From NCBI GenBank assembly GCA_030390025.1, contig CM059449.1, forward strand, positions 15,066,001 to 15,130,000: a DNA stretch of 64,000 nucleotides, in the 5' to 3' direction. Within the stretch, counting starts at the first letter, position 1, and every line of letters begins with the position of its first letter. The translations under genes and the position numbers were made by a program. The notes under the pieces were generated by a model. That model was given only the letters and a program-made list of their open reading frames with translations. It ran no database searches and had not been told where the DNA came from. This DNA is from Squalus acanthias. Taxonomy: Eukaryota. This document shows positions 25,338-36,600 of this stretch, one piece after another.

Positions 25338-26164
25338 TTTGATTCTTGCTCCGCAGGACACTACGAGCTACCATCTGACCCGCAGCGTCCCAAAGTGCTG
25401 TTAAGTGTAACAAACGTCCCACAACAGACGCTGAATTATATGACGAAACCTTCTGGTGGTTTAACACCACACAGAGGAACTCTGTTCACTACGCACGTTT
25501 TTCAATTGTAGTTGGATACGTCATATTTTAAGAATATTAAAGATAGAAGCACTACTTTAACATTACACAAGCGGTACATTGAAACAAAAGAATAACGCCT
25601 CGCAGTTCAGTTTCATCCTTCACTAATTTCAGTGGGTGTTTACGAACCCGGGGGATTGAAACTCATCTTGCACCTCTCAAACAATTACAAACTCATTAGA
25701 ATGAAGTCAGAGGGCGCAGAGTTTGTAAATGAGAACCGGCGATAGTACTCGGGTTTGCTTTAAATGGGTAGTGCCTGGCAATTGTCTGAAACATGAACAT
25801 GAGTTGGCCACATGTCACGGAATGATGCTGAGCCCAGTTGTGTAAATCCAACAGCATGCCTTTCACGTTCAGAGCGCTTTCGACGGGAACTACATGATCA
25901 GTGCTTTTTGCTACCTATTCTAGCCCAACCTTTTTTTAAAAAAACGTGTACTTTTAAGAGTTATCTGGCCCAAGAAACTGTAATGCTGCAGTAGGACTAC
26001 CAGGGCCTGAACTGGGATAAATCAACACTGTAGTTACAGAAAGGGGAGAGCACCTGGAAAAAGAACAGCAGAGTCTAAGCTCAACTTCCTTTGGGATCGG
26101 AAAACGGGCAGTGGCGGATCGGCAGCCTGTGACAAACCCCACCCGATTTACCTTTTCATATCAA

Positions 26165-26760
26165 TGGAAGTTATGATGAACCTTTATAAAACACTAGTTC
26201 AGCCACAACTGGAGTATTGTGTCCAATTCTGGGCACTGTACCGAAGGATGGATGTAAAGGCTTTAGAGAGGGTGCAGAAAAGATTAACGAGAATTGTTCC
26301 AGGGATGAGGAACTTCAGTTACGTTGATAGACTGGAGAAGCTGGGGTTGATCTCTTTGGAGCAGAGAAGATTGAGAGGAGATTTGATAGAGGTGTTCAAA
26401 ATCATGAGGGGTCTAGACAGTGTGATAGAGAGAAACTGTTCCCATTGGCAGAAGGGTCGTGAACCAGAGGACACAGATTTAAGGTGATTGGCACAAGAAC
26501 CAAAGGCGACATGAGGAAAAACATTTTACACAGCGAATGGTTAGGATCTGGAATGCACTGCCTGAAATGGTGGTGGAGGCAGATTCAATCGTGGCTTTGA
26601 AAAGGGAATTAGATAAGTACCTGAAGGAAAAAAATGGCTGGGCTACGGGGAAAGGGCGGGGGAGTGGGACTTGCTGAAGTTCTCTTGCAGAGAAAGCCGG
26701 CACGGGCTCGATGGGCCGAATGGCCTCCTTCTGTGCTGTAACCATTCTATGATTCTATGA
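26165..26760 (+). mobile_element. CR1 3' fragment
   Basis: LYKTLV.PQLEYCVQFW...RRLRGDLIEVFK; tail ATTCTATG repeats. Confidence 0.85.
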
Positions 26761-27430
26761 GAAGTTTCTTCTGCATTCCCTATTTGATATATCATTGGCC
26801 TCTAGTTTTGCTTTAAGGCAAAAGGGGCCTCACACTAAAGCAGTGGAAATATTTGCGAGATGATTCTCTGCAGTTACCCACCCACAGTTCACACCTCACG
26901 ATCTGTAGCGTTCAGCGATAACCACATTTCCGTCAGTTGTCGATCTCGCCAGAATATATGTCGGACTTCTTCTGCGAGTTTTCAAAACACTCGCTGAGGT
27001 TAACAGGTTGGGCTGGGCAGTGAAGCGCTCGGCGCCCACACAGCTTCAGTCTTGGCACGTAGCTGACCGCAGAGCCGAGTCTACGTGTTGAATGACACCA
27101 GGGCCACGAACCTCAATAGCTCGCAGGTCGCTGCAGCCCCTGACAAGCTGTCAGATACTCTGTGCAGAAAGCCCTTACTGTCCTTCTGATTCGCACGTAC
27201 ACAATCTGTACAGACCTTTCTCTCACACACGTGCGCTCATACACGCCCAGTCAGCCCAGCACTGCTGTTGCAGTTAGAGTTATGTAATATATCTATATGT
27301 GTGTACACGCAATGTGACAAATTCTTCAATGAAAGCAACGATCGGGAAAGGAAAACTCAATTAGGTAAACTGAAAAGGGAACTCTTGACTATGTGCGTGT
27401 GAAGAAAAATTAAGGAACAGGACCCCTTTA

Positions 27431-27899
27431 GGATTCAGCTGTGGCTCAGCGGGTAGCACCCGAGTCTCTGAAGGTCGTGGGTTCAAGTCCCACTCCAGAG
27501 ACTTGAGCACAAAAATCTAGGCTGTAACACTCCAGTGGCAGGACTGAGGGAGCGCCGCACTGTCGGATGTCCCTTCTTTCGGATGAGATGTTAAACCGAG
27601 GCCCTGTCTGCTCTCTCAGGTAAAAGATCCCATGACACTATTTCGAAGAAGAGCAGGGGGAGTTCTCCCCGTGTCCTGGTCAATATTTATCCCTCAATCA
27701 ACATCACTAAAAAACAGATTAACTGATCATTATCACTTTGCTGTTTGTGGGAGCTTGCTGTGCACAATTTTAGCTGCCGCGTTTCCTACATTACAACAGT
27801 GACTACACTCCAAAAGCTACTTAATTGGCTGTAAAGCGCTTTGGAACATCCTGAGCTGGTGAAAGGCGCTATATAAATGCAATTCCTTCTTTTCTTTCT
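27431..27899 (+). mobile_element. tRNA-derived Deu-type SINE (SacSINE1-like)
   Basis: A/B-box-like head (TGGCTCAGCGGG, GGTTCAAGTCC), central domain, L2-like tail GAAAGGCGCTATATAAATGCAA. Confidence 0.75.
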
Positions 27900-28132
27900 A
27901 AACGAGAAAACGCGGATAATGCTCCAGTGTGATGGAGTTTTCAATTAATTATTCACAGGAATTTTCATGTAAACTATACAGTTAATACTCCAAGGTAGCA
28001 ATGTTGTGTGGGAATTATTGGCAACAATGTAATGGTGGTTTTAATACTGGGACACTGACTAACTCTAAGGGTGGCCAATTGTCCTGCCTTAGACTGTGAC
28101 TCTCCAGGGTATGTTTAAGGTCCAGGCGGTAG

Positions 28133-29170
28133 AATCATAGAATTTCACAGCGCATAAGGAGGCCATTCGGCCCGCCGTGCCTGTGCTGGCTCGTTGAAAG
28201 AGAATTCCAATGTAGTCCTACACCCTGGCTATTTCCCCATAACCCTTCAAGTGCATGTCCAATTGCTTTTTGAATGTTCCGACTGAATCTGATTCCACCA
28301 CCGTTTCAGGTAGTGCGATCCTGATCTTAACAACCCTCTGTGTGAAGAAGTGTCTCCTCATTTCGCCTTTAATTCTTTTGCCAATAATTTTAAATCTATG
28401 ACCTCTGGTTACCCACCCACTTTTCAGAGGAAACAATTGCTCACTACTTGCTCTGTCAAATCCCTTCTTATTTTGAATTCCTCTATCAGGTTTCCCCTTG
28501 TCCTGTTCTGCTCGAAGGAGAACAATCTCAGCTTCTCCAATCTCTCCGCAAAACTAAAGTCCCTCATTCCCGGTATCATCCTGGTAAACCTCCTCTGCAC
28601 CCTATCCAGGACCTTGACATCCTTCCTAAAGTGCGGTGCCCAGAATTGTACACAATACACCAGCGGAGGCCTAACCAGTGATTAGTAAAGGCTTAGCTTG
28701 ACTTCCTTGTTTTTGTATTCAATGCCCCTATTTACAAAGCCAGGTATCCCACACGCTTTCTTAACTGCCTTGTGAACATGCCATCCCACCTTCAGATATT
28801 TGTGAATATTCACACCCAGGTCCTTCTGCATCTCAAAATAGTACCATTTAGTTTACAGCGCCTCTCCATGTTGCTCCTCTCAAAGTGCATCACTTCACAC
28901 TTAGCCGCATTAAATTGCATCTGAAATGTGCCTGCCCATTTCATCAGGCTATGTCCTCCTGAAGTCTGCTGCTTTCCCTTTTACTATTTACTACGTTACC
29001 ATGTATTGCATCATTCACAAATTGCGAAATGGTGATCCCTATACCCAAGTCCAGATCATTTCTATGTAGCAAGAAAAGCAATGATCCTAATGCCGATCAG
29101 TGGGGAACCCCATTGCATACTTCTCACCAGTGACAGAAACATCCACGACTCTCTGCCTCCTATCCTGTGC
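28133..29170 (-). mobile_element. CR1 3' fragment
   Basis: YCVQFWAPHFRKD...FFTQRVV. Confidence 0.8.
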
Positions 29171-29262
29171 TCAATTACGTACCCAGGTTACAGGTGAAGC
29201 CAAGAATCTACCCCGCGTGTGAGTATCTGCTGCGAACTGTCCTTGAGAGAGAATGCGAGTGT

Positions 29263-29295
<33 letters not shown>

Positions 29296-30603
29296 AGAGC
29301 GAGAGAGAGAGAGACAGAACCATGTGCGAGAGAGGTAACTGCGGTTGTATATACAGCTTGCAATTCATTTTTTTTCCATTCCCTCACATCCGGACTCTGA
29401 CTCAGGTTCACTCTCCCACTGCATTACTCAAATATTCCTGTCTGTACACGATCTGAATTTCTTTTCTGAAATGATATCACCGCCGACAGGGAGAATGAAT
29501 TGGGCTGCAGTTACCTGGGCATTCGTTATGTTCTCCGGTAAGCTTATTTCTGACACATCAGGTCCATTCAAGCAGATTTTCAACTTGCCGCCTGAGCGTA
29601 AAGCTGGCGTTGCGGTGCGGCCGCCTGTTATTGAAACGGACTGATTTTAATTTCCATTATTTCATACTGACTGTAATGAGATATTGTATGTCTTAATTAG
29701 ATATTAAAAACCCATAGCGATGTCCTCCTATCTATTTGTTTTCTTATTCATATGTGTATCTGGTTAAATCTTATTCCGATATCCCATATTTGCTGATCAC
29801 AGCATCAGATTGTGGATTTAACACATTTTATATTCATGACAATCTCACCTTCAATTTAAAAAACATCAGGTTTGTGCAGACATTCTCATAGACGCGAGAT
29901 TAACCATCTTAATTTCTCAACGCCGTGGTAATGAATTATGTTCTGGTAATATAATCAATCTCGCAGTTAACCAGGTCTCGCCTTAGGGTAACGCTTTTGA
30001 GGTTGCTTATTTTGAATTGAGGCATTTAAGTGAAGGGCCCATGGCCCATGGCGTAGGACAGCATCAAGGTTGGAAATAGTGGGAGGGAAGACGAGTTAAA
30101 TCAAGAAGTGATGGATAGGAATAGGAAAAGAGAGAGAGAGAGAGAGAAATGGGTTCCAATCGTGCGTGTGTGTGTGAGACAGAAAGAGAGACTGAGGTAG
30201 ACAGAGAGAGATAGAGAGAGCTAACCATGAGAGACGGATCAGCTCTCGGGTTACGAGGTTTATTGTATCTGGTCCAGGAGAGCACAATGTATGTTGCTCC
30301 CTGAAGTACATATTGCCCTAGTACTCTGCCTGATAGGGTGGTGGATACAGATTCAATAGTAGTCTTCAAATTGGAATTGGACAAATACTTGAAGGAGAAA
30401 AATATTGCAGGGATGGGGGAAAGACTGGGGGAGTGGGACTAACTGGATCGCTCTTCGAAAGAGCTGGCGCAGACTCGATGAGCCGAAAGGCCTCCTTCTC
30501 TGCTGTACTATTCTATGATGTGGAGATGCCGGTGTTGGACTGGGGTGGACAAATGTGAGAGGTCGCACAACACCAGGTTATAGTCCAACAGATTTATTTG
30601 AAA

Positions 30604-30640
30604 TCACAAGCTTTCGGAGCGCTGCTCCTTCGTCAGGTGA
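30604..30640 (-). ncRNA. Minimal hammerhead ribozyme motif
   Basis: Minus strand TCAC-CTGACGA-A-GGAGC agc GCTCC-GAAA-GC-TT-GTGA. Confidence 0.6.
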
Positions 30641-31147
30641 AGTGAAGAGATGCATATAAGCACAGCATATATAGTCAGAGAACACTGCCAGATGATTACA
30701 GTTAATCTTTCAAACTGCCCTTTATCACATCGTCGAGCAGAAATTGATAGCCAAGTTCTGCACCCATGAGGACGGCCTCAACCGGGATCTTGGGTTCATG
30801 TCACACTACATGTAACCCCACCCTACGTAGAGTCATCCAGACTCGAGTCGTCATTGGCTTGTTCTCTTTACACAGATGCGGCCGGATCTGCTGTGATTTC
30901 CAGCTAAAAAAGTTTTTTGTTTTCCATCCAGACCCCAGCATCTGCCACGTTTGACCCCTTGTGAACCCACCTCATTGTCTTTGATGTCATGTTTTCCTGA
31001 CTGACCTGTTTGGACACGATCCAGAGCTATTATTGCCGTGATTATCTCTCTGCCGAGGTGTGATAAAGGGCAGTTAGAATGATTAACTGTAATCATCTGG
31101 CAGTGTTTTCAGACTATATATGCTGCGCCTATATGCATCTCTTCACT

Positions 31148-31184
31148 TCACCTGACGAAGGAGCAGTGCTCCGAAAGCTTGTGA
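31148..31184 (+). ncRNA. Minimal hammerhead ribozyme motif
   Basis: TCAC-CTGACGA-A-GGAGC agt GCTCC-GAAA-GC-TT-GTGA: conserved core, stem II and stem I. Confidence 0.6.
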
Positions 31185-32378
31185 TTTCAAATAAAGCTGT
31201 TGGACTATAACCTGGTACTATTCTATTATTCTATTATATTACATCTAACAAAAATTTCAATATTCTCTATCAACAGCAGTCCTTGGAGTGAATATTTGCA
31301 GTGCTGGCTGTGTTCAAATAAACACCCGTTTCCAGGGGGCATGACTTTTTTTTTGTTCAATTCATATTATTTCTCGTAATTTAACTGGATACAATCTTTC
31401 TCTAGTTACCAGCATAGGGCAAGAGTTGCGCTGCTTGCTGCGCGTAACCAGGTCGCAAATGCATTGATTATTTTCTCTGATTTCGTAGTTGTAGCAAAAT
31501 CATAAACAATTTTTAAAGTGTTATTGGTGGTTTTACAAGATATACCCAAAGTGGGAAATCTTTCATCCAATTAGTAATGGCGCTACATGTAACAAGCTGA
31601 GTACATTTAGTCCGTTTCATTATTTTGACTGTTAAAATTCTGTTTGAATTTTACATATTCTCCCGTCGCCACTGATTAACAGTGCGAAGGTCGCTGTTAC
31701 TACCTATCTGACTTCCAATCTAATCAAATTAATAAGATTAAACTTCTCCTCACTTGCTGGGGGTGATTTTGAATTTGTCCGACCGACTGAAACGGGCGAC
31801 ATCGGATCAGCCGCCTGTTTAAAACCTGCCCCGATTTTAATATCAGGCAGCCGACCCGACCTCGCCCATTCAGCACCCAAAGTTAAAATGATCCCCAAAT
31901 GGAAGCGATCATCGGGCAAGGCGTTTAATTCGTGATTGCCCATTTCACACTCTCGCTCAAAGTGTCAATGAGAGCGGCGGGCAGCACAGAAAGCATATCG
32001 GGAGAACTGAAATTAAAGTGAATGCTTATTATTTGGAACGGGACAGAGGTACTTTGTACCAGATCCATTCTATACTTGACCTAGGAGTACACCTAAAAAC
32101 CAAAGGCGCTCCAGTTCCAGCACCAATATCCCTCTAGTTAACCATTTAAACCTCTTCTAGACCCATCTTTTGTTTCTTTACTTGTCCCATTACCATCTCC
32201 TTTTTACTTGTATCACCATCCCTTTTGTCATTCGATCTCTCCTGCCATCCACTCTATCACAGACCTTCCCTTTTGTTCTTTTCTCCCCTTCCCCCGTTTC
32301 CCTGCCACGACACTTGCTTAAGACCTGGTACATCTGCAAACTTTTCCAGTTCTGACGAAAGGTCATGGACCTGAAATG

Positions 32379-33659
32379 TGTAGGCTTCGCAAAATCACCC
32401 AGAAACTCGAACAGAACCCTAAGTGAAGTGATTTGAGGTAAAAACCTCAGTTTTGGACATTTTAAAAGATCAGGGAAGAAAACCCCCTGAGGAAAATGAC
32501 TTTTTGAATCTTACTGTTAGGAAAGACACCTTTCACAGACACAGACAGGCTGCAAAGGGGCGTGGCCAGGCAGTGGACAGCTTTGGGTATTGGGGCCCAA
32601 TCAAACTGTCTGGGAATGTGTTTACACTGCATTCCTACCAAGGAGGAAGAGACAAACCCAAAGCCTCACACACACATCGAAATATGAATAAATCCAAGAC
32701 CTCTTTTGAAATTCCCAGTCCCAAACAGGATACCAGAAGCCTGAAATCAATAAAACATTTAGTACCCCGATTTACTTCATCAAAAAACAATCAACCAGGT
32801 ATCCACAGGACAGATTTACAAGCCCGCCAAAAACCTAGGACAATAGGGACAAGATTTGGTGCGTAGATAAAGGCCTTGCCTGAATGGGGAACATCGGAAG
32901 CCATCGGGACATGTTTAACACCAAGTTAAAGCCATCGAAACTGACAAGCCCGCCAAAACTAAGACAATGGAATAAACAGGGCTCATTTGAAATCTAAAGG
33001 AATCCGATTTAGTAAGGGGTTTTGGCCGCGAAAAGGACAAAGAGGCTGACAATATAATTGGAGGCCTAAACCCCAAGACTCTCTCTCTCTGGACTCTCTG
33101 ACAACGCTCTCAACGCTCGCACAGCTCTCTCTCAGCTATGCTCCAGCAAGACACCACAAGCCACGAGGAGGAGGAGGAAAGAAGGCCAACAACTTCACAA
33201 ACAGACCAACACACAAGAAGAAACCAGAGCGACTGCCTCAGTGACCATCGGACACCACGTGGCAACAAGGGCCTTACGAAACCTTTTACCCAAAAGACTC
33301 TAAACCCTAACTCTCAACTGTCAAGGATTCATTTGGTGAGCATTATCCCTGAACTCCTGAAACCAAAACCTAGCTAGATAGTGGGATTTTTGGGAGGGAT
33401 AAGGTTTTTTTTGTATATTGTATTTCACCCTCGCCTGCACCGTGTGTTTCCCAATCTGTGTTTAAGTATTAAGTGTGTTTTAAGTGTGTTACATTTTTAT
33501 GTTAATAAAGTCAAAATTCTTTCATCAGGGCCTGTTGTCTACTGCATCTTTGTTCACAACCCCTAAATAAATCCAAAGTCTAGGAACCAGGGGCGTGAGA
33601 GCGATTCGAACCACTCACTGAGTAAGAGGTGAAGGTTGACCCCACTAACACCCCCTAAA
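32379..33659 (+). mobile_element. Solo LTR (ERV/Gypsy-type, about 1.28 kb)
   Basis: Termini TGTAGG...CCTAAA (CCTACA with one change); 4-bp TSD AATG/AACG; TATA-like motif near 33052 and AATAAA near 33504; absent from the paralogous site near 19215. Confidence 0.75.
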
Positions 33660-36600
33660 AACGTTGACTCTGATTCTTTCTCCACGGATGCTGCCTGGCC
33701 TGCTGAGCGTTTCCAGTATTTTCTGTTTTTATTCCCTCAAGTTAAAGATCATTAATACCATATCGAAAATCCTAGGAACAAATATTTGCTTAAAACCAGC
33801 CCTTCCACGGCGTGCGTTAAAGCAAAGAAGTGCACTGTATATTTATAAATGGTCTGTTTTACCTACTTGCAGCAGTTACTGCTGGAAACATCACCGTAAT
33901 TCAGAGCCCTCAATCTCTCACCAGAACCGCGGGACAGACAGCGGAGCTGCTCTGTAGATATGAGGGTCCCACAGGAATGGGCAGCTACACGTGGCACCGA
34001 GGCACCAAACAGGGAAATTAAGTTTCCAATAATACAGCGGAATACAGAGGCAGGGTGTTCAGCGCAAGTGGAGAGGATTTCAGACAGAGGAGAGACACTT
34101 CCATTAGAATAACCCAGCTGAAACCGGAAGATACCGGGTTCTATTTCTGCAAAGTGCAGCTCGTGGCATTCGCTGCAGCAGACGGAACCGGGACAACCGT
34201 GAGCGTGGAACGTGGTCAATCCAGTAAGTTTGGATTTCTGGAGATATTCTTACCAATGAAATTGCACGCAATCATATGGGATTTTTCTCGGGGTAATATT
34301 CGCCGTATAGGTAAATTCTCCATTAGATCAATTGGAACTCCCAAACCCGCGAACTCCACCACCAAGAAGTTCAAGGGCAGTAGGTGCATGGGAACACCAC
34401 CACCTCCAAGTCCCCCGAAAAGTCACACAACATCCTGACTTGGACTTGTATCGCTGTTCTTTCTAAAATCCGGGAACTCCCTCCCTAACAGCACGGCGGG
34501 AAAACCTTCACCACACTGGACTGCAGCGGTTCAAGAAGAAGGCGGCACACCAGCACCTTCTCACCGGGTCAACCATAGACGGGCAATAACATGCCCGACT
34601 CACCAGCGTCGCCCGTATCCCGAGAATCATCTCTTAAAATAATTAAATGGAGAAATATTAATTACATTCAGTTTCTGTATGCAATTTTAGTTAGCACTAT
34701 AGATAAGTAGTCAACGCTGTTACAGTGTGCGAGGCGAAGACTGGAGCCCAGTAATGAGAGCAACACATAAGCGTTGAAATCACCGCGTGCCAATATTGGG
34801 AATCAACCGGTCAACACGTCTATGATAAGTTAGATTTCACTGTCATCCTGTGAATGGCTTTACTGACGGATATATTTGTGTGTGTAAATCGAAATTACAA
34901 CATTGCGCGCCAACAAAATGAAATGATGGGCCCGCGGAAGAACCACGTTGATCACCCAGTGTAGGCCCGTCTAATTTCCGGATGTTCGTTTTGTCTTAAG
35001 CATCCCATAAATACGAGGGGAAGATTTTCCCGTTCGTGCTCTGGACCTATTGGATCTCCAGCGACTAGTGAATTCAGGAAAACTGGGCGGGAGGGGCGAC
35101 ACTCTCGAGATATTAAGGGGAACAGAGATGGTAGATAGAGATAAATTATTTCCGCTGGTTGGGGAGTTTAGGACGAGGGGGCATGTGTTATGAAATTGGA
35201 GCCAGAACTTTCAGGAGTGAAATTAGGAAACACTTCTACACACACAAAGGGTGGTTGAAGTTTGGAGCTCTTTTCCTCAAACGACAACTGATGCTGGGTC
35301 AATTGTTCATTTGAAATCGGTGACTGGTAGATTTTTGTTAACCAAAGGTATTAAGGGATATGGGGCAAGAAGCGGGTATATGGAGTTAGGTCGCAGATCA
35401 GCCATGATCTCTTTGAATGGTGGAAAAGGCTGGAGGGGCTGTATGGCCTCCTCCTGTTCCTATGTTCCTATGTTAACAGAACTCACACAATCCCCACCCC
35501 CACCCCCCGCTATTTCAAAGAAAGGAAACTGGCACCAACCCATTAAGCGTCCCTACATTAAAATTCTCCCAGTATTACTTCCAGGGTGGGAATATCTCCA
35601 GTTGCCCATTGATGACATTTTACGTTTGATCCGTGGCCTAGTTTGATGTATGCCAGTGTGAAATAGCCCCGCATGTCAAAGGGGATTCGGAATCTGTGTC
35701 ACATTTGCTGATCCTCAATCCTCAACTACCAGGTAACTCTTTACATAAATCTACTTTTTTTTAAAGAAAGCCACTTTCTTTTTCTTTCATGTATTTTATT
35801 ATTTTGGATGCCTTAATTTGCTGAAGTCCTCTTTGGCTTCAGTCCAGATCCGCTCTACTCAGTGATCCATGAAACAGGTGAGTGACATAAAGAATCGTGA
35901 ACAACCAGTCACTTTTAGTAAACTCCGAACGCTTACTCCTTCGATTTAATTTCATTTTAATTGATAATCTGGTTAATTTTCTTATCTATCAGGTATAATC
36001 CGTTGACCAAATGTTCAGTCTTGTTCTGTCTGATTATTCTGTCGGTAACCAGTGGACACAAATTCAAGATACTGGCAAAAAAAAAAACAAGGGCAGATGA
36101 GGAGAATTTTTATTTACTCAGTGAGCTGTTTTGATCTGGAATAACTGCCTGAAAGGGTGGTTGAAGCACATTCAGTAATATCTGTCAAAAGGGAATTGGA
36201 TAAATACTTAAAAAGGGAAATGTTTCAGGGCCATGGGGAAAGAGCAGGGGGAAGTGGGACTAATTAGTATCTCTTTCAGAGAGCCGGCACAGGCAGGTTG
36301 GGCCGAATGGCCTCCTTCTGTGCTGTATGACTCGATGATTCAATAACTCTTGCTTCCAGAACGGCTATTGAGTGACACATATTAGACGTCTTGGCCACAA
36401 AGTCAATTTGAAGTGTTAAGGTTTATGGCTAATGTAATATACTTTTGTAATTTCTTACTACATGCTGATTTTTTTAGTGATGAATTATTGCATGATATTT
36501 AAAAGTACGTTTCAATGTTATGCTGTATTATATATCATATATTACAGTAGATTAGCCTGGACTTCACCCTATTCTCGTACGAGTGCTTGACGCGCTCATG

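Larger units (their letters stand above)
30517..31214. mobile_element. Penelope-like derivative with inverted terminal arms
   Basis: Arms about 30572-30729 and 31059-31216 are reverse complements. 12-bp TSD GTACTATTCTAT at 30505-30516 and 31215-31226. Each arm has a hammerhead core. Confidence 0.7.

Noticed and set aside
27431-27500. tRNA gene
   Set aside because: The A/B boxes belong to a SINE head that continues into SINE body and tail; no full cloverleaf.
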